From positions 192,001 through 256,000 of the forward strand of contig JARVJZ010000002.1 in assembly GCA_029775855.1 (NCBI GenBank): 64,000 nucleotides of DNA, read 5' to 3'. The position numbers were made by a program, and so were the translations under genes. This DNA is from Nitrososphaeria archaeon. GTDB lineage: Archaea > Thermoproteota > Nitrososphaeria > Nitrososphaerales > JAAOZN01. The notes under the pieces are model-generated. The model was not told the origin of the DNA. It was given only the letters and a program-made list of their open reading frames with translations, and made no database searches. Shown one piece after another: positions 1 to 8,780 of the stretch (within the stretch, counting starts at the first letter, position 1; each line of letters starts with the position of its first letter).

Positions 1-276
1 GTATTTATTACCTACAGATTCGGTTGAGTCTTGTGTGTAATCTATTTCACTGCCTATACCATAGTCATGGAGTGTTGGTGTAATGGGTGAGCCCACCCTT
101 ACTCTCTTCTCCTTATCTTCGATATCGAAAGCCTTCCACTCCGGGCCTGGGTCGATGATGTGTTCGTCTAAAATATATCCACAGGCTTCGCAGAAGGCTT
201 CGCCGCGCTCTGGGTCGCCTATTAACCTTCCACCACAAATTTTGCATATTAAAGATTCATCTATATCTTTATCCAC
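1..276 (-). CDS. tfb: Transcription initiation factor IIB, N-terminal part (runs off the window start)
   Basis: Manual translation from GTG at 276: MDKDIDESLICKICGG...FCEACGYILDEHIIDPGPEWKAF...RVGSP...LHDYG, i.e. TFB zinc ribbon plus B-reader (GPEWxAF). Not in the ORF track because it is truncated. Confidence 0.93.
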   Translation of the reverse strand, partial: MDKDIDESLICKICGGRLIGDPERGEAFCEACGYILDEHIIDPGPEWKAFDIEDKEKRVRVGSPITPTLHDYGIGSEIDYTQDSTESVGNKY

Positions 277-517
277 TTTTATCGCCCTCAGTAGAGGTGT
301 ATACTTCTTTCCCTTCGAGCTTCTTAACTCTATCGCTTAATGGAATACAAGATAGGTATGGTGCTTTAACTTGCCCAAAGACTTCAGCAACCTTAGCGAC
401 CTTTCTTCCGTTAGCGTCGATAATTATAGCGCCTACCTTAATGTTTGAAGTGGTGGCTTTGACTATGAGTCTGCCGCTCTTTGCTAGGTGTAAAACTAGG
501 CCTACTTTTTCAACCAA
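269..517 (-). CDS. gar1: H/ACA RNP subunit Gar1/Naf1
   Basis: Small beta-rich protein with KVAEVFGQVKAPY (Gar1 'G.V.dvfGPV..PY' motif); overlaps the tfb start, the usual archaeal gar1-tfb pairing. Confidence 0.85.
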   Translation of the reverse strand: MVEKVGLVLHLAKSGRLIVKATTSNIKVGAIIIDANGRKVAKVAEVFGQVKAPYLSCIPLSDRVKKLEGKEVYTSTEGDKSG

Positions 518-546
518 AGTTCAAGCCTTGCCCGCAACATGTGATT

Positions 547-1542
547 CTACTTGTATTCGTAGAAGCCCCTCTTGGTCTTTCTACCGAGTCTACCGGCTGC
601 AACCATCTTTCTAAGTATGTGGATGGGTTTGGGCATCGTGTTCCCACCTTGCATACTCTTGATGCTCTGATCCATATGGTAGAGCACATCTATGCCTATC
701 AAATCTGCTAATTCAAATGGCCCCATAGGCATGCCAGCGCCGCTCTTCATAGCTAGGTCGATATCCTTCATATCTGCAACACCTTCTTCATAGAGAGCAA
801 AGGCTTCATTGAGCATAGCCATAAGCACACGGTTCACTAGGAATCCTGGTATGTCTTTTACCACTATAGGTTGCATCGTTGCTCTATGGTTCTTAATGGA
901 TTTGCAGAAGTTTATGACGGTGTCCACTGTAGTTTGACTTGTTTCTAACCCTGGAATTACTTCTATTAATGGCAGTAGAGTTGGCGGGTTAAAGAAGTGG
1001 ATACCTATTACTTTGTCCGGTCTTTTTGTTGCCGCTGCTATTTCACTTATCATTATAGTTGAGGTGTTGGATGCTAATATAGTGTGGCTTGGGGCAACTT
1101 CGTCGAGCTTCTTGAAGATCTCCTTCTTAACATCGATCTCTTCAACGACCGATTCTATGATTAAGTCTACATCGTTGAAGTCTTCTAGGTTGAGGGTGGG
1201 GTGTATGCGTTGATAGATCTGATTTATTGTTGACTCGTCGAGTTGCGGCTTTAGCTTATCTTTTATAATCGCTTTTTGTTCTTCTGTGAACTGGATTCCT
1301 AGTGTCTGCTCCGCTTTCTTGATCTCTCGCTCCGCTCTGGTTTTATTGTATTCAAGTAGATCGTTCAGCGTCTTCTTTATGTCTGATAAAGCCCTTTGTT
1401 TTGATTCTTCTGTTCTATGCCGAGTCTTAACCTCATAGCCGTTAAAAGCCATAACCTCTGCTATCTGAGCACCCATTACACCAGCGCCAACAACACCAAT
1501 CTTCTTAATATTTGAGGACAATCTACTCACCTTCTTAAGCAT
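547..1542 (-). CDS. hbd: 3-hydroxyacyl-CoA dehydrogenase
   Basis: GAGVMG Rossmann motif, ASNTS, GIHFFNPP, PGFLVNR, PMGPFEL.D.IG.D, GRLGRKT..GFY. Confidence 0.93.
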   Translation of the reverse strand: MLKKVSRLSSNIKKIGVVGAGVMGAQIAEVMAFNGYEVKTRHRTEESKQRALSDIKKTLNDLLEYNKTRAEREIKKAEQTLGIQFTEEQKAIIKDKLKPQLDESTINQIYQRIHPTLNLEDFNDVDLIIESVVEEIDVKKEIFKKLDEVAPSHTILASNTSTIMISEIAAATKRPDKVIGIHFFNPPTLLPLIEVIPGLETSQTTVDTVINFCKSIKNHRATMQPIVVKDIPGFLVNRVLMAMLNEAFALYEEGVADMKDIDLAMKSGAGMPMGPFELADLIGIDVLYHMDQSIKSMQGGNTMPKPIHILRKMVAAGRLGRKTKRGFYEYK

Positions 1543-1560
1543 CTAGCTAGTAAAAGATGT

Positions 1561-2862
1561 TTACGGTCTCTCTATTACCATAGCCATTCCTTGACCGCCA
1601 CCTATACACATAGTCACCAAACCTCGTCTAACACCTAGCTGCTTCATCTCATGAAGCAGTGTAACCACTTGCCTAGTTCCAGTAGCGCCGATCGGATGAC
1701 CCAAGGCTATGCCACTTCCACGTGGATTGGTCTTCTCAAGATCGAATCCAAGTTCTCTAATGCAAGCTATAGCTTGTGCGGCGAATGCTTCATTCAACTC
1801 CACTATATCAAGATCCTTAACTTCGAGTCCAGCTTTGGCTAAAGCCTTTCTCACAGCTGGTATCGGGCCTAAGCCCATGTATGCTGGATCTACTCCTCCT
1901 GAAGCGTAGGATTTGACGACGCCTAAGATCTTTTGGCCTAGCTCTTCAGCCTTCTCTCTGCTCATCAGCACAACGGCTGCTGCGGCGTCGTTTATTCCAG
2001 ATGAGTTGCCAGCTGTGACTGTGCCATCTTTCTTGAATACTGGGGGTAGTGCAGCCATCTTCTCTAAGCTTGTTTCCATGGGGCGTTCGTCTGTGTCGAA
2101 TATTATTGGTGGACCTTTTCTTTGAGGTATTTCTACTGGGACGATTTCTTCTTTAAACAACCCTTCTTTTATCGCTGCTCTAGCTCTTTGGTGGCTTAGA
2201 AAGCCGATCTTATCCTGCTCCTCTCTCGTTATGCCATATTTTGCAACTATATTTTCTGCCGTATACCCCATGTGGTATCCGTAGAAGATTTCCCATAAAC
2301 CGTCGTAGACCATAACATCTATGATCTGACCGTAAGCATTCACATCCATCCTATACCCCCATCTAGCCTTAGGGAGGGCGTAGGGTGCGTTGCTCATGCT
2401 TTCGAATCCCCCAGCTACCACTACTTCTGCTTCACCAGCTGCGATAGCTTGGGCTGCTAACGCGATGGACTTTAAGCCTGAACCGCAGACTTTATTCACG
2501 GTGAAAGCTGGTGTTTCTTTAGGTATTCCAGCGTAGATCATGGCTTGTCTAGCTGGATTCTGACCTTGGCACGCCTGTATTACATTCCCCATGATCACTT
2601 CATCTATTTGAATTGGTGTTGCGTCTTCGCTCCAGTTGTAATACTGTTTTTCAAGCTCTATTAACCCAACACCTTTAAAGACGCTTGGAGCTAAACCTTG
2701 AGTGCTTTCGCTTACTATAGGCTTAAGGTGAGCACGCTCTAAGGCGGTGTGTATAACTATAGCGCCGAGCTTGCTTAGGGGTACATCCTTTAAAGAACCG
2801 CCGAAGTTTCCTATAGCTGTCCTTGCAGCTCCGGTGATAACTACTTCAGTCAAACTATTCAC
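1561..2862 (-). CDS. Acetyl-CoA C-acetyltransferase (thiolase)
   Basis: Catalytic motifs NKVCGSG, ELNEAFA, GHPIGATG, MCIGGGQG. Confidence 0.95.
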   Translation of the reverse strand: MNSLTEVVITGAARTAIGNFGGSLKDVPLSKLGAIVIHTALERAHLKPIVSESTQGLAPSVFKGVGLIELEKQYYNWSEDATPIQIDEVIMGNVIQACQGQNPARQAMIYAGIPKETPAFTVNKVCGSGLKSIALAAQAIAAGEAEVVVAGGFESMSNAPYALPKARWGYRMDVNAYGQIIDVMVYDGLWEIFYGYHMGYTAENIVAKYGITREEQDKIGFLSHQRARAAIKEGLFKEEIVPVEIPQRKGPPIIFDTDERPMETSLEKMAALPPVFKKDGTVTAGNSSGINDAAAAVVLMSREKAEELGQKILGVVKSYASGGVDPAYMGLGPIPAVRKALAKAGLEVKDLDIVELNEAFAAQAIACIRELGFDLEKTNPRGSGIALGHPIGATGTRQVVTLLHEMKQLGVRRGLVTMCIGGGQGMAMVIERP

Positions 2863-2958
2863 CTAAGCTGGCTTTGATAGTTGTTGTATAAAAGCCAAAC
2901 GGATGAACCTCTAAGCTTGGGGCAATCCTTAAATCTTTTGAACCATTATCAGGCATAG

Positions 2959-4554
2959 TTGTTTGATATAATTATAAAGAATGGAATTATAGTGGATGGC
3001 TCTGGTAATCCTTGGTTTAAATCCGATTTAGCGTTAAAGGGCGGGCGGATAGCATCTATAAGCAGAGCCTTCACAGAAAAGGCGGATAAGGTAATAGATG
3101 CGGATGGGCTTATAGTGGCGCCAGGCTTCATAGATATTCATTCGCATTCAGATTCTTGCTTGATATTTGACGGAAGCGCTCAGAGCAAGGTTAGGCAAGG
3201 TGTCACTACAGAAGTTGTTGGGAATTGCGGTATGTCAGCAGCGCCGCTTTCAAAAGAGCAGAAAGATGAAATTAAAAGACAACCTTCTTTCCTCTTACCT
3301 CCTGGCTTGACCATTGATTTCTCTTGGAGCAGTATATCTGAATATTTGGAGACCTTGGAGAAGAAGGGTATAAGTGTGAATGTAGCAATACTCGCAGGAC
3401 ACAGCAACCTTAGAATCTGGTGCATGGGGTATAGTGATGATAAACCAACTAGAAGCCAGATGCAAGAAATGAAAGATCTGCTGGAGCAGTCGATAAAAGA
3501 AGGAGCCTTCGGCTTCTCAACAGGGTTAGTCTACCCTCCGAGCGGATACGCCTCTACAGATGAATTAGTTGAGTTGGCTAAGAGTGCCGCTAAATGTGGA
3601 GGCATACATACTTCACATATTAGAAACGAGGGTGCAGCTGTGCTAGATGCTGTAAAAGAGATCATAGAGATCTCTAGGGCAAGCGGGGTGGCTGCAGAGA
3701 TTTCACACATAAAGTCTCAGCCGCCAGAATTCTGGGGTCATGTTGCTGGTATACTTGGGTTAATAGAAGGAGCGAGAAGGTCTGGTCTTGATATAACTTG
3801 TGATGTATACCCGTATACAGCTGGAAGCACCTACCTCAGCGCAGTCGTTGTACCCCTTTGGGCTATGGAAGGTGGGGTTAAAATGTTGGTTGAGAGACTT
3901 AAAGACAGCACGCTTAAAGATAAGATAAAGGAGGACTCTCTTAGAAGACGCTACTACCGAAAAGAAGACTGTGACAGAATATACATATCAGCATCGACCG
4001 TGTTTAAAGAATATGAAGGCAGAAGCATAGGCGAATTGGCCAGAGTCGCTGGCGAAGACCCAATGGATTTTATGCTGAACCTCTTAGAAGAAGACCCTAC
4101 AATCCATGTTGTTTTAGACTTCATGGATGAAAACGAAGTTAAATACGCTATTAAGCATCCTTTAACGATGGTGGGCTCAGACGGCTACGCTCTAAACGCA
4201 GAAGGACCTTTAAGCGTCGGTAAGCCCCATCCAAGAAACTATGGCACATTCCCAAGGGTGCTGCGGAAATATGTTAGGGAGGAGGCGTTGATAAGGCTAG
4301 AAGAGGGCATAAGGAAGATGACCTCATACCCGGCGCAAAGGCTTGGGTTGCGGGATAGAGGTAAGATAGCGGTGGGCTTCTGGGCTGACTTGACAATATT
4401 CAACTTTGCGCGAGTCGAAGATAAAGCCACATACGCAAACCCGCATCAATACCCTAAAGGTATAGAGTATGTGTTGGTTAATGGTGTGCCTGTAATAGAA
4501 GAGGGTGAGCATACTGGCGCTAGAGCTGGAAAAGCGCTTAGACATAACCCCTAA
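2959..4554 (+). CDS. N-acyl-D-amino acid deacylase (amidohydrolase family)
   Basis: PGFIDIHSHSD, GVTTEVVGNCG, STGLVYPP, PHPRNYGTFPRVL. Confidence 0.9.
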   Translation: MFDIIIKNGIIVDGSGNPWFKSDLALKGGRIASISRAFTEKADKVIDADGLIVAPGFIDIHSHSDSCLIFDGSAQSKVRQGVTTEVVGNCGMSAAPLSKEQKDEIKRQPSFLLPPGLTIDFSWSSISEYLETLEKKGISVNVAILAGHSNLRIWCMGYSDDKPTRSQMQEMKDLLEQSIKEGAFGFSTGLVYPPSGYASTDELVELAKSAAKCGGIHTSHIRNEGAAVLDAVKEIIEISRASGVAAEISHIKSQPPEFWGHVAGILGLIEGARRSGLDITCDVYPYTAGSTYLSAVVVPLWAMEGGVKMLVERLKDSTLKDKIKEDSLRRRYYRKEDCDRIYISASTVFKEYEGRSIGELARVAGEDPMDFMLNLLEEDPTIHVVLDFMDENEVKYAIKHPLTMVGSDGYALNAEGPLSVGKPHPRNYGTFPRVLRKYVREEALIRLEEGIRKMTSYPAQRLGLRDRGKIAVGFWADLTIFNFARVEDKATYANPHQYPKGIEYVLVNGVPVIEEGEHTGARAGKALRHNP

Positions 4555-4581
4555 AAAATAAAAGATGAAGGGCGAAAGCCC
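4552..4581 (-). terminator. Hairpin plus T-tract closing the capsid operon
   Basis: GGGC-GAAA-GCCC at 4570-4581 (plus strand); on the minus strand it is followed by TTCATCTTTTATTTTTT, just after the 4595 stop. Confidence 0.6.
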
Positions 4582-4594
4582 GTAAATCTATCAT

Positions 4595-4792
4595 CTATCT
4601 AAGACCTTTCTCTCTGCTCCAAAGAACCCATTGCTTTAAGGCTTCGTTCACGATTTGGCTGAACGAGGGTATCCTCTCACCTTTCTCATTAGCTTCTTTA
4701 ACCCTGCTACGCCAAATTTCTTCAAGAATCTCCGCAACATCGCTGTCAACACTAAATGGACCGATTTTACTCTTAGTGGGGGGCGTGTCCAC
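4595..4792 (-). CDS. Small ribbon-helix-helix-like DNA-binding protein
   Basis: Beta strand (IGPFSVD), helix (DVAEILEEIW), then SFSQIVNEALKQW typical of RHH helix B; GAAGGGGT Shine-Dalgarno-like sequence upstream. Confidence 0.65.
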   Translation of the reverse strand: MDTPPTKSKIGPFSVDSDVAEILEEIWRSRVKEANEKGERIPSFSQIVNEALKQWVLWSREKGLR

Positions 4793-4804
4793 ACACCCCT
4801 TCGG

Positions 4805-5761
4805 TTAGGCTGAGGTTATCTTTCCGATGGCAAGTGGGTCTATGGTAGCGTAGTTCCATCTCGCAGTCGCCGGCACATGCACAAGATCATTTATAGGGTC
4901 ATCAACTTCTTCAATGGTGTAGTCCCTACGCACAAAGAGAGCTCCAGCAAACCTTGTGGAGACCATAAGCGCTGTTCCTTGGGGAACAAGAGACGAGACT
5001 ATGATCTTTAATCCTGGTAGGTAGGCTATTGGGTTGCCTGGTTTAAATTCTTGGGCTGAGAATGCGATAAGGTTCTGTATTGCTGTATCTTTTAGAAGAT
5101 CGCTGTATTCGGAAGGGTTGACTGCTAGTACATCTGGTTCTCTGTCGTTCGCAGCCATTGTGCTCCACATAGATGCTATATCGTTGAATTTGAGTTGTCC
5201 GCTTGTCTGAGCATTGGCTTGGTTTTCGGCATCTTCAATAAGTTTTGTTATTATGTATTTGCTTTCGAATTTTGCTAGGGCTCTACCTAGTTCAGCCAGT
5301 TGTCTGTCTACTACATCCCACTCTGCGTCTTCTACCATATCTCTGCTTATAACAGCTCGACCTCCACTCTTCCTAGCGGTTATGGTGACAAAGCTGTATT
5401 GCTCTTCGGTTATAGGCAGCTCACCAGATTCTGCGACCCAATCTACTGAAGCAGCTGCTGCTTTGGGTATCTTTATGCTAGGAGCATCTTTAGTCAAAAC
5501 TACGCATAGCTGCCTTCCTATTAAGTTTGGTATAGCTGCATCCCAGACTTGCGCAAGCACGCTTGCTACTATTGCTGTGTCGCTTGAAAGGACGGTTTCG
5601 CTAAGTTTTAGCACACCTATCCTCTCTTTTAGGTCTCTTAACATTTCGGTGCATAGCCTTCCTCCTCTTACTATCGGTTTGTCTGCGCCTAAGGTTTCAT
5701 TCAATCTATGTAAGGCTGGTGATTCTATGTCTTTACCCTTCAACCAAGAAACCTTCTCCAA
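4805..5761 (-). CDS. HK97-fold major capsid protein
   Basis: IKIP...VDWVAE.GE.P (E-loop), ITARKSGG...ISRDMVED..WD (P-domain 'K.g....iS.E.i.D'), long spine helix, LAVNP, GL.IIVS, terminal R......DP.A; position after portal and protease. Confidence 0.88.
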   Translation of the reverse strand: MEKVSWLKGKDIESPALHRLNETLGADKPIVRGGRLCTEMLRDLKERIGVLKLSETVLSSDTAIVASVLAQVWDAAIPNLIGRQLCVVLTKDAPSIKIPKAAAASVDWVAESGELPITEEQYSFVTITARKSGGRAVISRDMVEDAEWDVVDRQLAELGRALAKFESKYIITKLIEDAENQANAQTSGQLKFNDIASMWSTMAANDREPDVLAVNPSEYSDLLKDTAIQNLIAFSAQEFKPGNPIAYLPGLKIIVSSLVPQGTALMVSTRFAGALFVRRDYTIEEVDDPINDLVHVPATARWNYATIDPLAIGKITSA

Positions 5762-5767
5762 CCACCT

Positions 5768-6211
5768 TCACCTCAGCAAGATGAGTATCTTGTCGCCTTC
5801 TTCTGCTGATTGTAAGGCTATGCCAGCGCGCTTAGCGTAGTAGATAGTGTATGTTGCTGTGCCTCCTTCATTTACTGCTTGATCCCCTAACGCTACTGCT
5901 TTCCCGTTGTTGTCAGAGCAGACTGCTTGCCCAGCAACTATTGTGCCTCCAGCTTCAACCTTCACGATACCAGCTATAGCCACTGGCACCATGCTTCCTT
6001 CTTCTGCATCGCTAAGAGCGACACCTATCACACCGTAGTCTACTGCTGTGGCTTGTCTTACTAGCGGTGGAGGGCCGTCTGCTGCTAGTTTAACAAAGAG
6101 GTTCTTTGATATAGGTGCTGCTGCTTTGAATATTGACGCAACGGCAGAGCCGCCGAAGTCGTGAACGATTCCGCTGCTGCCAAGCCATTTGTCTACCAAC
6201 CATAAGTTCAC
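5768..6211 (-). CDS. Capsid cement/decoration protein (DUF2190-like)
   Basis: IGVAL.DA..G..VPVAIAGIVKVEAGG.I.AGQ.V.SD..GKAV...GIALQSA..GD.I; located between protease and capsid genes. Confidence 0.78.
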   Translation of the reverse strand: MNLWLVDKWLGSSGIVHDFGGSAVASIFKAAAPISKNLFVKLAADGPPPLVRQATAVDYGVIGVALSDAEEGSMVPVAIAGIVKVEAGGTIVAGQAVCSDNNGKAVALGDQAVNEGGTATYTIYYAKRAGIALQSAEEGDKILILLR

Positions 6212-6241
6212 CTCGCAAACCTTCCCTCCTTACATACTTCA

Positions 6242-7243
6242 TCAGTCTCCGAGGAGGGTGCGGAGACTTGGTATGCCGGAGATTTGTTTGCTCTGTGCCT
6301 CCCTGGGTGAGGCTACTATGCCTTTCCCTTGATGCGCATTTGACTCATTACCTTCACTTAGTTTGCGTTCAAGTTTCTCTACACGCTTTAGAATGTCTTT
6401 AAGCTGCTGCTCCCAGCTTTCAGCCTCTTTTGCTTCTTGCAATCCAGCTACTCCGGTTTTGCTGGATTGTTTATTTTTCGTCTTAATTTCTTCTTGCTTT
6501 ATCACCTCTTTGCTGCTTAACCCCCCAAGGTCTAGTCGGCCTTGGGTCTGGGTTGGCACACTTTCGTTTAGTCTTTCGAGTATTGCTACTGAAGTGTTTG
6601 GGTCTCCTGGTTGAGCGTCTTTTGTTAGTAGTAGTATTCCTTCGAAGATTAAGCCTCTTGGTTTTAGTAGGTTGTCTTGGTTTTCGGTATATAGGTAGCT
6701 TGCTTCTATGCTTGCGTGTTGGATTTCTCCTTTTTTGACTAGATTGTAGGTTTCTTCGTTTACTGAGGCTATGCATTCTACTCTTTCATCTTCGTATTCC
6801 GCCCATTCAACTGAGCCTACATGAATCTTGGATGCAGTGTCGTGCGATGAGCCATACCAAACGGGTTTACCTATCAGAGTTCTTGCAGCCTTGATAAGCT
6901 CCTCTTCCAAGTAGAAGTTTTTGTTGAGGGTTGTGCCGGCGTTTAGGGCGACTATCTTTATGTAGCTTTGATTGTCTATGTGCTCTAAGGATTGAAGCCA
7001 GCTGAATGATTCCTTGAGGAAACCTCTTAGGCTGCGTTTATGCCGCTCTTTGACCCATGCTTCCGCTTCACTGATGAGCCAGCCTTTACTTAAATCAAAT
7101 AAGTATGATGATAATTTTAGCTTGCCTGAGCTTCCATCTATATATGCTAGTGCTTTGACACCTAGTTTACTGTCTACATCAAGAATCTTGTTGGCTGCAG
7201 TAGATCTAGCATCGACATCAACCCTAAGATAACCTTCGCTCAT
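6242..7243 (-). CDS. Prohead maturation protease with C-terminal scaffold-like region
   Basis: A...G.TLNKNFY..EEL..AA.TL.GKPV...H (His), VG.V, HASIE (Ser), LL....PGDP; charged coiled-coil C-terminus; located between portal and capsid genes. Confidence 0.75.
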   Translation of the reverse strand: MSEGYLRVDVDARSTAANKILDVDSKLGVKALAYIDGSSGKLKLSSYLFDLSKGWLISEAEAWVKERHKRSLRGFLKESFSWLQSLEHIDNQSYIKIVALNAGTTLNKNFYLEEELIKAARTLIGKPVWYGSSHDTASKIHVGSVEWAEYEDERVECIASVNEETYNLVKKGEIQHASIEASYLYTENQDNLLKPRGLIFEGILLLTKDAQPGDPNTSVAILERLNESVPTQTQGRLDLGGLSSKEVIKQEEIKTKNKQSSKTGVAGLQEAKEAESWEQQLKDILKRVEKLERKLSEGNESNAHQGKGIVASPREAQSKQISGIPSLRTLLGD

Positions 7244-8433
7244 TTAGACTGTGCCTCCTCTGTAAGTTGAAAACCAATTTTTGCAAGTATGCGCCTGACT
7301 TCATCGACTCTGATGAAACCGAGTTCTCCAGCACGCAGCAGATGCTCAAACTCCACTTTAGGCGGCTCAACTTGACCCCAATTAAGGCGCACAGAAGCCG
7401 CAACTGGGTCGTAGCCTTCTTGCATTACTATTAGTGAGAAGATCTTACGCTCTACTACCCTCTTAATGTATCTCTGGAGTGAGCGGATAAGCCTCTCGAA
7501 CTGCTCCTGCACTACACGAGCGGATGCTTCAGTGTATCCTGGGGTTGTAAAGAGCTTTATTATAGGTGTCTGAAGAGCCTTGATGTATGCGTTTTCAAAG
7601 TATTGCAATATAAAGTCTAGCTTCCCTCTTAGATCTAGAGTTTCTTCTACGATCTTGACATCTTTGTTTACTGCTATGCGCTCACCAGCATCTAGCTTAC
7701 CGATAAGGTTGGCTTGAGTCTGTATCCAACTATCGCTTGCATCTATGAAGACCCAAGCTGATTTGGGTATATAGTGGTGAAGGAGTTTACGGAGGTCATC
7801 CCTTAACATAGCCTTTATCTTATAGAGTGAAGGAACTACTCTTGTTGTAGAGGAGCCGTCGCTAAATTTGAGGGTGTAGGTTAAGGTTTCAGAAAGAGAA
7901 TGAAGCAGCCCTCTACCGAATGCTTCGCCGTTAACAGGACTCCAACGCCAGTGTATAATCTCTTCTGGTCTGAATTCTACTTTATTTGGTGGTTTATGCT
8001 GCTCTATCTTTAAAACATTGCCATCTAAGCTACGGTAGATTTGCCAAGTGCATCCGATTGGGAGGATCTTCAGATCTTTTAGGTTAGAGGGTGATATTAA
8101 CTCGGTAAAGGAGTTTCCATACGCTACAATCTCTTTTGCGACTTCCAGCAGATAGATGTCTAAGCCTACAGATTCAGCAAATTGATCAACGGCTCTTTTT
8201 GCTTCTTCATAACCTTCTGCACAAGTTGTGTGGAACCCTTGTCCTACTATGGCTTGGGCGTAGAAGTCTACTGCTGCTTTTGCGTCTTCGTCTTTTTTGT
8301 ATATTTCGACTAGAGTTGTGAAGGCTGGCTCTGGTGTTTCTGGTGTGGTTGGTGTGGGTATAGTCTTGACTACCCCTTTTTCTTTCAGTAGGTTGTTGAT
8401 CTTATTTTTTATGACCGCTATTTGACTGCTCAT
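7240..8433 (-). CDS. Phage-type portal protein
   Basis: KEIVAYGNSF.E (G.a..e motif), EEIIHWRW......AFGRGLL (I.H.r...G.s.l portal motif), ~400 aa, first gene of the head operon. Confidence 0.82.
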   Translation of the reverse strand: MSSQIAVIKNKINNLLKEKGVVKTIPTPTTPETPEPAFTTLVEIYKKDEDAKAAVDFYAQAIVGQGFHTTCAEGYEEAKRAVDQFAESVGLDIYLLEVAKEIVAYGNSFTELISPSNLKDLKILPIGCTWQIYRSLDGNVLKIEQHKPPNKVEFRPEEIIHWRWSPVNGEAFGRGLLHSLSETLTYTLKFSDGSSTTRVVPSLYKIKAMLRDDLRKLLHHYIPKSAWVFIDASDSWIQTQANLIGKLDAGERIAVNKDVKIVEETLDLRGKLDFILQYFENAYIKALQTPIIKLFTTPGYTEASARVVQEQFERLIRSLQRYIKRVVERKIFSLIVMQEGYDPVAASVRLNWGQVEPPKVEFEHLLRAGELGFIRVDEVRRILAKIGFQLTEEAQSK

Positions 8434-8462
8434 CTACGGTCGCTTGATGGTAGGTTTACCAG

Positions 8463-8571
8463 CTATTTAAGAGTTGCTCTTAAACCTCTTTCAACTGGTC
8501 AATAGACTGGTGTTAAACTAAAAAAGATAAGGTATATATTTAGTTAAACAAGCATCTACATTTGGTCAATA
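8463..8571. promoter_or_regulatory. Divergent promoter region with candidate operators
   Basis: Minus-strand TTAAATAG TATA (8463-8470) overlapped by perfect IR TTTAAGAG-ttg-CTCTTAAA (8466-8484). Plus-strand TATATATT (8533-8540) bracketed by an 11/12 IR, TGTTAAACTAAA (8511-8522) and TTTAGTTAAACA (8539-8550). Direct repeat TGGTCAATA at 8496 and 8563. Confidence 0.6.
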
Positions 8572-8777
8572 TGCCGGCAAAAGGTAGGAAGGGCATAACC
8601 ATCTACGAAGAAACATTTGAACTATTCAACAGATTCTACGAAGAGCATAGAGAAGAACTAAGGGCAAGAAACATAGCCTCAGTAAGCTCACTTATAATAG
8701 AATGTGCAATAAATGGCTTAGATAAGCTTAGGGATATGCTTGAAGGAGAGAAGAAGGCAAAAGCAGCTAAATCGTAG
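8571..8777 (+). CDS. RHH-like regulator divergent from the capsid operon
   Basis: MPAKGRKGITIYEETFELFNRFYEEHREEL...SVSSLIIECA, a strand-helix-helix pattern; ATG at 8571 lies ~30 nt after a TATA box. Confidence 0.65.
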   Translation: MPAKGRKGITIYEETFELFNRFYEEHREELRARNIASVSSLIIECAINGLDKLRDMLEGEKKAKAAKS

Positions 8778-8780
8778 CCC

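Noticed and set aside
4805-5761. Capsid protein as an encapsulin
   Set aside because: It is encoded with a portal, prohead protease and cement protein, which encapsulin loci lack, and no cargo enzyme is in the operon.
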